Source of the DNA: Thermoproteota archaeon
GTDB taxonomy: Archaea > Thermoproteota > Thermoprotei > Gearchaeales > Gearchaeaceae
Reading direction: 5' to 3'
Assembly: GCA_032249235.1 (NCBI GenBank)
Contig: JAVVGF010000001.1
Span: 416,001-480,000 of the forward strand
Length of the DNA stretch: 64,000 bases
Both the position numbers and the translations under genes were made by a program. Shown one piece after another: positions 42,600-52,293 of this stretch; the stretch's first letter is position 1; each line of letters starts with the position of its first letter. The notes beneath the pieces are model-generated. The model had not been told where the DNA came from, did no database searches, and saw only the letters and a list, made by a program, of their open reading frames with translations.

Positions 42600-43748
42600 T
42601 TATTTTGATCTTGCAAATTGCAAAAGTAGTAGTGAACTTAGTAAATAAATTGATAATAAAAGAAAAATGATGTGATCTGTTTCGAAAGTAGCTAATAAAA
42701 AGCCTCCTAAATTCGGTCCAATAAAGAAACTCAAATCTACGAATGTTCTGAAAATACCTAATGAAATAGGCAGATTTTCTTTTGTAGACAAGTCGATGAT
42801 ATATGCACTAACTGGTCCTGAAATACCTGTAGAAATTGCTAAACAAACAAGAATTATAATGAATTGATTAAAATCATGAACAAAATATAAAGCGAATAAA
42901 GAAAGAGATGAACCAATTAAGCATACTGATAATGTAAATTTTCTTCCTAATTTATCACTTAATCTTCCTGCTACAAAATTAGGTATTGTTGTTGCAAACC
43001 AAAATGAGGAAATTATTAAACCAATAGATCCTTCTTTTAAGTTATAAGTTTCAGATAATAAAAGAGGAAGTATAATATTTGTTAATGCCACTCTTACTAT
43101 GAAAAAGCTTGAAATTACATAGCTTACAATTAATATTGATCTGTCCTTTAACGTTTTCAAAAAAATTTCCTTAGAAAAATTCCTTGAAGTATTTTCATAT
43201 TTTATTTTCTTCAAAGCAAAAAATAAGATAGAGCTTGAAGCGCTAACTAATAGAGCATAAACAAAGAAAACCATCCTTGCCCCGAAATGTTCTGCGATGT
43301 AACCACCTGGAAGAGGCCCTATCGCTGCACCTAGCAATAAAGATGCGGTGTATATGCCCATCGTTCCTCCTCTTTCTTCTTTAGATGAAAATTCTGCAAG
43401 TATTCTTAATGCAGATATTACGTACAATATGATTCCTATTCCTTCAATAATTTTACCAATTCCAACCTCAATAGGTGTGAAGGAAAATCCCATGATTATT
43501 GCAGCTACAATAACTAGCATCAATCCTATAAGAGCAGAAAAAAATGGGTTTTTGTTTACGAGAAAAAAGCTTAAGGGTAGATTTAAAGGCGCTCTTATTA
43601 ATCCATATAAGGAGATGACTATTCCTATAAGAATGCTACTTGCATCTAAATAAGATAAGAAAATAGGTAATATAGGTGTAGTCATCGAAGAACCGATCAT
43701 TAAAAGGAAAATTACTGATGAAAGCAATGATATTACTCTTCTATTCAT
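42600..43748 (-). CDS. MFS transporter
   Basis: About 12 TM helices; GRLSDKLGRK motif. Confidence 0.92.
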   Translation of the reverse strand: MNRRVISLLSSVIFLLMIGSSMTTPILPIFLSYLDASSILIGIVISLYGLIRAPLNLPLSFFLVNKNPFFSALIGLMLVIVAAIIMGFSFTPIEVGIGKIIEGIGIILYVISALRILAEFSSKEERGGTMGIYTASLLLGAAIGPLPGGYIAEHFGARMVFFVYALLVSASSSILFFALKKIKYENTSRNFSKEIFLKTLKDRSILIVSYVISSFFIVRVALTNIILPLLLSETYNLKEGSIGLIISSFWFATTIPNFVAGRLSDKLGRKFTLSVCLIGSSLSLFALYFVHDFNQFIIILVCLAISTGISGPVSAYIIDLSTKENLPISLGIFRTFVDLSFFIGPNLGGFLLATFETDHIIFLLLSIYLLSSLLLLQFARSK

Positions 43749-43784
43749 CGAATAATTTTTTTTATTCGAGATAGTAAATAAACT

Positions 43785-44228
43785 TTAACCTTTCAGCTTG
43801 GAAGCTGCAATCCATGAATATAATCCTGAAGAAAAACCTAAGCCTATGAAAAAAGCTACATAATAAATTTCATAAAGTATTGCTAAGTCTAAGCCTAATT
43901 CAGGCGAAGATTGAAGTTCTAGCCATATACTTGCAGATATTAAGAAAATGAAAATAACAGACAATATTAAATTTATAATTCCTAAATTGTTCAATTCACT
44001 TATTGCTTTATTATAATTCTTTTCTTTTAATGAAAAATATATATTTCTTAGTAAATATATTTGGAATAATGCTACAATAAGCATTGCTACACTGACTGGG
44101 CTTATTTGCAGATTAACAATGGAAGATAGCCCAAAAGTAAACATGGCAAGAGCGAAGAAGGAAGCCAATGAAAAGGAAATAAAGATTTCTTTCGGTATTT
44201 CTTCCATACAAGCTTTTTTAATATTCAA
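43785..44228 (-). CDS. Four-TM hypothetical membrane protein
   Basis: Four hydrophobic segments; likely start ATG 44207. Confidence 0.6.
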   Translation of the reverse strand: MNIKKACMEEIPKEIFISFSLASFFALAMFTFGLSSIVNLQISPVSVAMLIVALFQIYLLRNIYFSLKEKNYNKAISELNNLGIINLILSVIFIFLISASIWLELQSSPELGLDLAILYEIYYVAFFIGLGFSSGLYSWIAASKLKG

Positions 44229-44243
44229 TACTTATAAGATTTA

Positions 44244-45554
44244 ATGAATGTTTTCGAGGCGTATAGAAATAAAACTATTAATTCATCTAAACTTTATGAG
44301 AGAGCTAAAAAATTCTTCATAAATGGCGTAAGCCATGACATAAGATATTATGAACCTTATCCGATTTTCTTGAAAAGAGGTAAGGGTTCTAGAGTATGGG
44401 ATGCTGATGGCAACGAATATATTGATTTCTGGTTAGGACATGCTAGTTTAATCCTAGGTCACTCGCCTGAATTTGTCATAGAGGAAATAAGAGAGCTAAT
44501 AAAAAACGGCACTATACTTGGTATGCCTAATGAGTATGCAATTGAACTAGCTGAGTTAATTAATAAATATGTTCCTAATGCTGAGAAAATAAGATTTTGC
44601 AACTCTGGTTCAGAAGCAACGATGTATGCAATAAGATTAGCTAGAGCCTATACAGGAAAGAAATTTATTTTAAAAACATCAGGAGGTTGGCATGGATATA
44701 ATACTAATCTTATCAAAAAAGTATGGAATAAAGAGATTCTTGGCTTAATTGAAGAAGAAACTAAGTATGTAAGCACATTCAAATTTAATGATATAGATTC
44801 TTTTGAAAGCAAAATAAAAGAAATTAAGAATGACATAGCTGGAGTTATAATTGAACCAGTATTAGGTGCAGGAGGCGTAATACCTGCAGAAAGAGATTTT
44901 CTCAGAATAGTGAGAGAGGAGACAGAAAAATACAATGCAATCTTGATTTTCGATGAAATAATTACGGGCTTTAGATTAGGACTTGGCGGTGCTCAAGAAT
45001 TTTATAAAATAAATGCTGATCTCATAACCTTAGGTAAAATAATAGGAGGAGGCTTTCCTATTGGGGCAATAGCAGGTAAGTCAGAAATAATGGAAATGGC
45101 TAATCCTAAAAGAGAGAAATCAGCAAGGATAGGAGGAGGCACTTTTTCTGAAAATCCTGTTTCCATGAGAGCGGGATATTTAACGCTAAAGTATTTAATC
45201 GAAAATTCTTCAAGCGTTTATAACAAAATAAACAGCTTAGGCGAAATAGCGAGAAAAAGCATCGATAAAATATTTTCAGAAGCTGGGCTTTTAACCCAAA
45301 CAACTGGTATCGGTTCTCTTCTCTTAACACATTTCTTAACTGAAAACGTAGAAGTAATAAAGAGTGCGGAAGATGCCCAACTATGTGATAAAAAGCTTCA
45401 ACATCTTTATTATCTTTATTTGATGACTTTTCATAATATTTTCTTTCTTCCAGGTCATGTTGGAACGATTTGTTATGCTCATACTGATTCAGAAATACAA
45501 AAATTGATTTCTGCTACGCTTGAATTTTCGCTTAATTATAAAAACCTATTATAA
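44244..45554 (+). CDS. hemL: Class III aminotransferase, glutamate-1-semialdehyde 2,1-aminomutase-like
   Basis: WDADGNEYIDF, NSGSEATM.AIRLARAYT, FDEIITGFR, LGKIIGGGFP; substrate not certain. Confidence 0.78.
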   Translation: MNVFEAYRNKTINSSKLYERAKKFFINGVSHDIRYYEPYPIFLKRGKGSRVWDADGNEYIDFWLGHASLILGHSPEFVIEEIRELIKNGTILGMPNEYAIELAELINKYVPNAEKIRFCNSGSEATMYAIRLARAYTGKKFILKTSGGWHGYNTNLIKKVWNKEILGLIEEETKYVSTFKFNDIDSFESKIKEIKNDIAGVIIEPVLGAGGVIPAERDFLRIVREETEKYNAILIFDEIITGFRLGLGGAQEFYKINADLITLGKIIGGGFPIGAIAGKSEIMEMANPKREKSARIGGGTFSENPVSMRAGYLTLKYLIENSSSVYNKINSLGEIARKSIDKIFSEAGLLTQTTGIGSLLLTHFLTENVEVIKSAEDAQLCDKKLQHLYYLYLMTFHNIFFLPGHVGTICYAHTDSEIQKLISATLEFSLNYKNLL

Positions 45555-45565
45555 TAATAAATTCA

Positions 45566-46954
45566 ATGGAATTTCAGACTTTTATAGAAAAAGGTTTGAA
45601 ACTAGGCGCTGAATTCGTAGAGCTTAGATACATGAAGTCTAAAGATACATCTATTCAATATACTGATGGAACATTGAAGAATTTTTCATCGAATAGCGAT
45701 GAAGGATTAGCTATAAGAATATTTTATAATGGTGCTTGGGGTTTTTCTTCAACATCCTCTTTAGCTTATGAAAGCATTTTGAATGCTATTGAGCAAGCTT
45801 ACAAAATAGCTCGAATTTCTTCAAATTATATAAAAGAAAGATATAAAATTAAAGAATCTAAATCTATTAAAGCAAATGTATCAACTAAATTTAAAATTAA
45901 TTTTGATGATATATCATATGAGCAAAAGATTAATTTAGTAAAATATTTAGATGATTCAATAAGATCTTTTGATAATAGAATAAAAAGCGATACAGTAAGA
46001 TATAACGAAAGTCAAGATGAAATCTTAATTATGAACTCTTTTGGTACTGAAGTATTCAAAAAAGAGATTTATGTGAGCGTTAGCGCGTTGTCGATTTCTT
46101 TAGAAGCTGGAAAAAGAGGAAGGGGTTATGTAGCAAGAGGAGGAACAGGAGGATATGAGTTGTTGAAGGAATTCAATGTAGAAGAAATAGGAATATTAAG
46201 CGCAAAAAAAGCTATTGAACAATTATATGCAACAAGTGCTAAAGCTGGGTCTTATACTTGCATAATGGATCCAATATTAGTTGGCGTATTTGCTCATGAA
46301 GGAATCGGACATCCTTCAGAAGCTGATAGCATTGTAGATAAAAACTCTGTACTAGAGGGAAAATTAGGAGAAAAGATTGCCAGCGAAAATGTCACGATTA
46401 TAGACAATCCGTTGCTTGAAAAATGCTTCGGCTCTTTTGATTACGATGATGAAGGATTTCCTGCAAGGCCAAGATATATCATAAAGAATGGCATCCTCAA
46501 TGAATATCTTCATAACATGGAAACCAGTTCAATCTTAAGACTAGAGAACAATGCAGCAGCTAGAGCTGATTCGTATTTAAATCCTCCATTAGTTAGAATG
46601 AGCAATATTTATTTTGATAAAGGTGATGCAAGTTTTGAAGAAATGCTTGAAGATATAGAACTAGGAATATATGCAAAAGGATTCGAATATGGTTACGTGA
46701 TGCCTAACAATGGTCAGTTCACTTTTAAATGTGAAAGCGGCTATTTAATAGAGAAAGGCAATTTAACAAAACCTCTAAGAGACTTATCGATAAGCGGAAT
46801 TATTTTAGAAACATTGAAGAACATCGATCTTGTAGGTAAGGATTTAGAAATAAAAAGTATTGGGCATTGCGGTAAAGATGGTCAGTGGGTAAGAGTAGGA
46901 GATGGCGGTCCGCATTTAAGAGTTAAGGGTGTTGTTGTAGGTGGAGTGGAATGA
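45566..46954 (+). CDS. tldD: TldD family metalloprotease
   Basis: AHEGIGHPSE, YDDEG, RMSN, GHCGKDGQ...GGPH. Confidence 0.93.
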   Translation: MEFQTFIEKGLKLGAEFVELRYMKSKDTSIQYTDGTLKNFSSNSDEGLAIRIFYNGAWGFSSTSSLAYESILNAIEQAYKIARISSNYIKERYKIKESKSIKANVSTKFKINFDDISYEQKINLVKYLDDSIRSFDNRIKSDTVRYNESQDEILIMNSFGTEVFKKEIYVSVSALSISLEAGKRGRGYVARGGTGGYELLKEFNVEEIGILSAKKAIEQLYATSAKAGSYTCIMDPILVGVFAHEGIGHPSEADSIVDKNSVLEGKLGEKIASENVTIIDNPLLEKCFGSFDYDDEGFPARPRYIIKNGILNEYLHNMETSSILRLENNAAARADSYLNPPLVRMSNIYFDKGDASFEEMLEDIELGIYAKGFEYGYVMPNNGQFTFKCESGYLIEKGNLTKPLRDLSISGIILETLKNIDLVGKDLEIKSIGHCGKDGQWVRVGDGGPHLRVKGVVVGGVE

Positions 46955-48273
46955 GTGAAGAAATTTGTAAAAAAGCTTTAAGAATTGCAGAAGGTCTAGG
47001 TGCTAATCAGGCTGAATGTTTCTATTACAAAGAAAAATCGATAAAAGCAGTGATAAGGAAAGGAGAAATTAAAAGATATGAAAACGTTATAGATGAAGGT
47101 ATTGCAATTAGACTGATAATCAACAAATCTTTAGGATTCTATTATACAACGAATTTGAAGGATATTGAGAAAGCTGTTTTGGAAGCATATAAGTTAGCGA
47201 AAGCGGGCGTCCCTGATCCTAATTTCATATCCTTAGCTTCTAAGAAGCCCTATCCTCATATAAATAATATTTACGATAAAAGAATTGAAGAAATTTCTCA
47301 AGAAGAAATTTCCGAAATTCTTAAAGAAATAATTAAAAGAGATTATGATAAAAGAATTAAGTCAGTAAATTCAGAGCTCGCCTTGTCAGTTTATGAAGAA
47401 GCTATAGCAAACTCTTTAGGTATACAAGCTAGTGAAAGAGCTACCATCGCTTCATTTTTCATCGAGCTTTCAGCAAGCGAAGGCGATAAATATAGCGGCG
47501 GTTTTGAAGCTTCAAGTTCTAGATTTCTTAAAGATCTTGAAATTTCTCTTCTAATAGATAAAGCGCATTCTTTTGCAATAAAAGGCTTAAACAAAAAAAT
47601 GATAGAGAGTGGTGAATATCCTATATATCTGGATCCATGGGCTTCTTTATATATAATAGCAATAGCTTTGAATAGCGCACTAAATGCAGATATGGTTCAA
47701 AGAAAGAGAAGTTTTTTAAGCGAAGCTCTTAATGAACAAATTGCAAGCGATAATCTTACTGTAATAGATGATGCTTTAATTGAAGGTGCTATTGGTAGCT
47801 TTAGCTTTGATGGTGAAGGCGTGCCATCTCAAAGAAATGTTTTGATAGAAAAAGGAGTGCTGAAAAACTTCATGTATGATGTCTATACTGCGAACAAAGA
47901 AAATAAGGAAAGTACAGGAAACGCTGTGAGAAATGGATTCAGAAGTTTACCTTCAATAAGCTCAAGAAATCTAGTATTTAGTACAGGAAAAAGAAAATCA
48001 GAAGATATAATTCAAGAAATCAAAAGAGGTATTTATGTCAGGAGTACATTCGATACTCCAAACGTCATAACAGGAGAATTTTCCGGCATGATAAATGAGG
48101 GCTTTTATATTGAAAATGGCGAAATTAAGCATGCGCTCATACAAACTGGATTAGCAACTTCTTTAAGAGATTTATTCAAGAATGTTGTTGAATTGAGTAG
48201 CGATCCTAGATGGATTTCTAATAACTGTATACCTTACATTTATGTCGAAAAAGCAAAAATAGCTGGTAAATAA
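46951..48273 (+). CDS. pmbA: PmbA/TldE family protein
   Basis: FDGEG, STGNA.R, TGEFS; lacks HExxxH; ATGA-coupled to tldD. Confidence 0.9.
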   Translation: MSEEICKKALRIAEGLGANQAECFYYKEKSIKAVIRKGEIKRYENVIDEGIAIRLIINKSLGFYYTTNLKDIEKAVLEAYKLAKAGVPDPNFISLASKKPYPHINNIYDKRIEEISQEEISEILKEIIKRDYDKRIKSVNSELALSVYEEAIANSLGIQASERATIASFFIELSASEGDKYSGGFEASSSRFLKDLEISLLIDKAHSFAIKGLNKKMIESGEYPIYLDPWASLYIIAIALNSALNADMVQRKRSFLSEALNEQIASDNLTVIDDALIEGAIGSFSFDGEGVPSQRNVLIEKGVLKNFMYDVYTANKENKESTGNAVRNGFRSLPSISSRNLVFSTGKRKSEDIIQEIKRGIYVRSTFDTPNVITGEFSGMINEGFYIENGEIKHALIQTGLATSLRDLFKNVVELSSDPRWISNNCIPYIYVEKAKIAGK

Positions 48274-48274
48274 T

Positions 48275-49261
48275 TTAATGAAATATTTTGAATTCAACGA
48301 TTAAAATTTGAATCAGAATAGCAACTACATATAAGACGAAAAGGATAAACCCATCTTTTTTGTCTAGTTTTCTATCTACAAAAGTTAACATAGATAATGA
48401 TGTTAAAATTGATGTCATAGCGACGAGTGTAAAAGAAATAGGTTCTGAAGGTATTACAGAATGACCATATGTCAATGCACCGAGTATGAAGAAAGTTATT
48501 AGCAATGTATTGTTCAATATTTTTGAGCCGAAGACATTTCCTATAGATATCTCAACGGATTTTCCTCCCTTTCTTGCAAGAAGCATCATAGAAAGCTTTT
48601 CTGGCATTTCTCCTCCGATAGGAGCAATAATGAGAGCTAGAATGACTGCTGGCACACCTATTTCTATTGAATATTTCTTTAAATTTTCTGTGAAAGGGCC
48701 TGCTCCAACAAATATTCCTAAAGAGCCAAAAATGATGAAAAGGCTATAAAGTAATATTTGTTTTCTAGTTAGTATACCTTCATTTATCGATTCTGTTCTT
48801 TCTTTATGTGACTCTTTGTAGCTTTGGTAAACATAACCGATATACAATCCTGCAAATATGATCGCATCATATATATCATATCCATTCATGAAAGTTATAA
48901 CTGCTACAACTGCAGTAAGGAGAAGATAATAAAAATCAAGTTTAAAGAAAGATACATTCAATTCTTTTGCAGGATTGAGACTCAGTTTTGTGGTAGCGAT
49001 CAAAACCATTAACGAAAGTCCAAGTGTTATCATTAAGACATTGCTTCCAAATGTAGCCCCTATTCCAACATCTAGTATACCTTTTGAAGCTGCTACGAAA
49101 ACAATTGCAATTTCTGGCAAGGTTGTAGCAATTCCTAATATTGTTCGGCCCATAAATCTTCTTCCTATTTTAAATCCTAGTCTATCAGCACCTTCAGCAA
49201 GAAAGTAGCTTGAAACAATGATAATAAAAAGCCAAAAAAGTAAAGTAATGAGAGTATTCAT
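48275..49261 (-). CDS. Sodium/calcium exchanger family antiporter
   Basis: Alpha repeats ATTLPE...GSN and GGEMPE...GNVFGS. Confidence 0.88.
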   Translation of the reverse strand: MNTLITLLFWLFIIIVSSYFLAEGADRLGFKIGRRFMGRTILGIATTLPEIAIVFVAASKGILDVGIGATFGSNVLMITLGLSLMVLIATTKLSLNPAKELNVSFFKLDFYYLLLTAVVAVITFMNGYDIYDAIIFAGLYIGYVYQSYKESHKERTESINEGILTRKQILLYSLFIIFGSLGIFVGAGPFTENLKKYSIEIGVPAVILALIIAPIGGEMPEKLSMMLLARKGGKSVEISIGNVFGSKILNNTLLITFFILGALTYGHSVIPSEPISFTLVAMTSILTSLSMLTFVDRKLDKKDGFILFVLYVVAILIQILIVEFKIFH

Positions 49262-49323
49262 TAAGCAATACTTTCATCAAAATTATTTAAATCTATTAAA
49301 AATTTTAGAAATAAAAGCGAAGC

Positions 49324-50994
49324 ATGCAAAGAAATACTATGCATAAAAAGTTAGTTTCGTTCTTATTTATTTTGATATTCACATTTTCAGTTTTAGCACT
49401 TATAAATGCTCAGACTGATTATTCAAAGACTCTTAAGCTTAACATCTTGACTGATGCGGATGAATATCCTCTTTTAAGCAATGTGAAGATTCTTATTGCG
49501 CTATTTAACTTGAGCAACGAAACACTAAAATTAGAATTTCAAAATTCTTTAACTTTCGATTTCCAAATAAAAGGTTTAGATAATAACTATACTTATGAAT
49601 ATTCGAAAAATGTCCCTATTCTTTGGTTTAATAGAGAGATCGTTTTAAAAGCATATGAGAATATTGCTGAAACATTCTATTGGAATGCTACGATACCAGG
49701 CAAGTTTTTAATCTATGCATATCTAGTAAATCATCCAGAAGTTTATTCGCAAAAAATGATTACAGTTCTACCTTTTACGTTGAAATTACAACTTAATAAA
49801 CCAATATATAAGGAGGATGAAGATGTATTTTTGAATGTAACTTTAATTGGTCAAAATTTAAAAAATGTCTATAATTCATCATTATATATTAGTCTTGAAG
49901 GAGCGTTGACAGGATACCATGACGAGAAGAAGTTTTCTTTTTTTATTAGAGGAGAAAATATTCTGAGAAATTTCAATCTTAAATATTCAAACTTAAAGCC
50001 TGATTCTTATAAAGTTTATTCGATCTTTGTTTTTGACCAAAGTAAAATAATTAATAGTCTAGATTTTTTTGTCATAAAGAAACCTATTTTAAAAATTGAA
50101 AATATTAATATATTTACAATATCAAATTACTACACCGATGAAAATATGGGTTATATTTATATTGTTTTAAAATCTAACTTAACTATATATGATTTTCTCG
50201 TTTCAAGTTTATTCAAAAATAGTACTTTTAGCTATTTCGAGGTTAGCAAAGTTAATCATCCATTGAACTTGAATCTCGAAGAAGGTAAATATTTAGCTAT
50301 AACTCTTTTATATAAGCTCCTTAATCCTTCGAATTTTGATTTATCTTCACTGAATCTTTCTGAAGCTTCTAAATATCCTTTTGAAATTGATTATGCAGGA
50401 TATGCTGAATTTTATGTAAACTCTACGACTAAGAATGTGACATTACAATTAAAGCCTGTAAGCGATTTCACATCTAAGCAAGTACAGATATTCATAAATA
50501 CATCGAATTTGGCTAGAATTCATCACTTATTTATTTTCAATCTAATTCAATGGAATAGAATGTTGATTGATTTGCAAGTAAGTTCAATAAGTATTTCCTT
50601 AGTTTCATTCCCTACATTGTTTGTGGTTTTTGAAGGAAATATTAGCCTTGAAACAATATCATTAAATAAATCAATTGAAGCATTGGGAGTAAGCTTAATA
50701 TCTGGTAATCAATCAAGTGTGAGTATTAATATGCAAAATTTAAGCGCTGAATTACCTCAAAGTTTTAGGGAATTCATATTGCAAGCAATCACTAAGGTGC
50801 CTTTTATTCAACCAACGATTACCATTACTACTACATCTCTTCGAACTATATTAGAATATTATGCAACTTCAGGTGCTCAAGTTCAATATACAAACTTATT
50901 TTCTAGCCAATTACGAAATCTTTTATTATCTATTGTACTTGCATCTGGTATAGCAATAACGATTTGGGTAATCATTAGAATGAAGACGAAATAA
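49324..50994 (+). CDS. Surface protein with an N-terminal BsuPI-like Ig-fold domain and a C-terminal TM anchor
   Basis: Signal peptide; NLSNETLKLEFQNSLTFDFQI...YEYS...FYWN resembles BsuPI; T-rich linker; terminal TM. Confidence 0.6.
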   Translation: MQRNTMHKKLVSFLFILIFTFSVLALINAQTDYSKTLKLNILTDADEYPLLSNVKILIALFNLSNETLKLEFQNSLTFDFQIKGLDNNYTYEYSKNVPILWFNREIVLKAYENIAETFYWNATIPGKFLIYAYLVNHPEVYSQKMITVLPFTLKLQLNKPIYKEDEDVFLNVTLIGQNLKNVYNSSLYISLEGALTGYHDEKKFSFFIRGENILRNFNLKYSNLKPDSYKVYSIFVFDQSKIINSLDFFVIKKPILKIENINIFTISNYYTDENMGYIYIVLKSNLTIYDFLVSSLFKNSTFSYFEVSKVNHPLNLNLEEGKYLAITLLYKLLNPSNFDLSSLNLSEASKYPFEIDYAGYAEFYVNSTTKNVTLQLKPVSDFTSKQVQIFINTSNLARIHHLFIFNLIQWNRMLIDLQVSSISISLVSFPTLFVVFEGNISLETISLNKSIEALGVSLISGNQSSVSINMQNLSAELPQSFREFILQAITKVPFIQPTITITTTSLRTILEYYATSGAQVQYTNLFSSQLRNLLLSIVLASGIAITIWVIIRMKTK

Positions 50995-51567
50995 TTATAT
51001 TTTGTAAATAGCAAGAAACTTCAATAGGTTTTCAATATTTATTTCTGCCATTGTCCTCCAACCTAGCTTAACGATGCCTTCATTATTTATTTCTAAATAA
51101 CCTAACTTTCTGAATTTTTCAATGTATCTTGATGCTTTTATTTTTCCTACTTTACTCTCTAGTAATTCTTTAAGTTCATTGAAGTTAGCATTGTTCGATC
51201 TTGCTAATATTTGAACAATGCATGCTGATAAACATGCTAGTTCTTCTATGTTGAAGTTTCCTTTCATGTTTAATCCCAGTATAGGTTCTTTACTCACAAT
51301 GTAATAATGAGCTCTAAGATAATCATCTTCTGAAGGATTTTTTGGATCTTTTATGTCTTGAGGTAAAACTATTTTCACCATCAATCCAAAACTATCTAGT
51401 TCGCTGTTAAGTAATTTAATGATATAAAGGTATTTCCTGCCAATGAATTTCTTTAATTCATAGCCTGTAGCTCCGGGTATACTTCTTCTTTGAATTAGGA
51501 TTAAATGGAGTGCTTTCTTCATCTTTTCATATAAAGTAGCTCTTCTTTTCTCTACTCTTTTGCCCAT
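50995..51567 (-). CDS. Kite (tandem winged-helix) SMC accessory subunit, ScpB/Nse1/Nse3-like
   Basis: Two predicted winged helices; LNSELDSFGL...HYYIV and LGYLE...KLGWRTMAEI; overlaps the kleisin-like gene. Confidence 0.7.
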   Translation of the reverse strand: MGKRVEKRRATLYEKMKKALHLILIQRRSIPGATGYELKKFIGRKYLYIIKLLNSELDSFGLMVKIVLPQDIKDPKNPSEDDYLRAHYYIVSKEPILGLNMKGNFNIEELACLSACIVQILARSNNANFNELKELLESKVGKIKASRYIEKFRKLGYLEINNEGIVKLGWRTMAEINIENLLKFLAIYKI

Positions 51568-52262
51568 TTTGATGCAGGGATTATAATTGAGCCTTTAATA
51601 TTTCCTCCTCCTTTCTTTAAAATCATTCCATCTTCAGTTTCTTCGATATAAAGCTTATTCAATGAAATCAAATAAGATATGAAGTAAAGAATTTCTATTT
51701 TCTCTTCAAAACTTTTATTTTTTAAAATTTCTGAAATCCTAATTGGAACTTTATTATTTAAATCGTTATATAAATTTTCAATTTTTTTCAATATTTCTTT
51801 TTCTTGAATTTGAAGATCTTCAGTTGTAATCTCCTTATAACTCAAGCTAGGTTTTTCTCTTAAGCGGTTTCTTTCTTTAATTGAAGACCAGTATTCAAGA
51901 GCATGATTCAAAGCCTCTATGTTTATAAAATTCGTATTCATTAAAGGATGCAGAGTTAGCAACGTCAAGTTAGATAGCTCTATCACATTCATTTTTTTAA
52001 CCTTCTCTAATAGTAAGTCTGGAGACGAATAAAGAAAAACTGCCTTATAGTTTAATTCATTAGTTTGTTCTTTTAAAACATTAGTTATACCATGCAATGC
52101 TTCAGCATCCATTAAAAATTCTTCTACATCTTTAATTTTGACAAATATTTTATTCAAACGTTCAAGCAATTCTTTAATATTTATCTTAAATGGGTCTATT
52201 CTTTTTTGAATAACAGAATTAGTAATTTCGATAATGTAGTTTAATTCCTCTTTAACATCCAC
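51552..52262 (-). CDS. Kleisin (ScpA-like) subunit
   Basis: N-terminal IDPFKINIKELL (compare ScpA IDPWDIDI) and C-terminal winged helix FEEKIEILYFISYLISLNKLYIEE. Confidence 0.7.
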   Translation of the reverse strand: MDVKEELNYIIEITNSVIQKRIDPFKINIKELLERLNKIFVKIKDVEEFLMDAEALHGITNVLKEQTNELNYKAVFLYSSPDLLLEKVKKMNVIELSNLTLLTLHPLMNTNFINIEALNHALEYWSSIKERNRLREKPSLSYKEITTEDLQIQEKEILKKIENLYNDLNNKVPIRISEILKNKSFEEKIEILYFISYLISLNKLYIEETEDGMILKKGGGNIKGSIIIPASKWAKE

Positions 52263-52293
52263 AGCTAAATTCTATACTATTCTTTATAAGATT

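Noticed and set aside
45566-48273. tldD-pmbA as part of a RiPP biosynthetic cluster
   Set aside because: The pair is widespread in archaea; no precursor peptide, YcaO or radical SAM gene is adjacent
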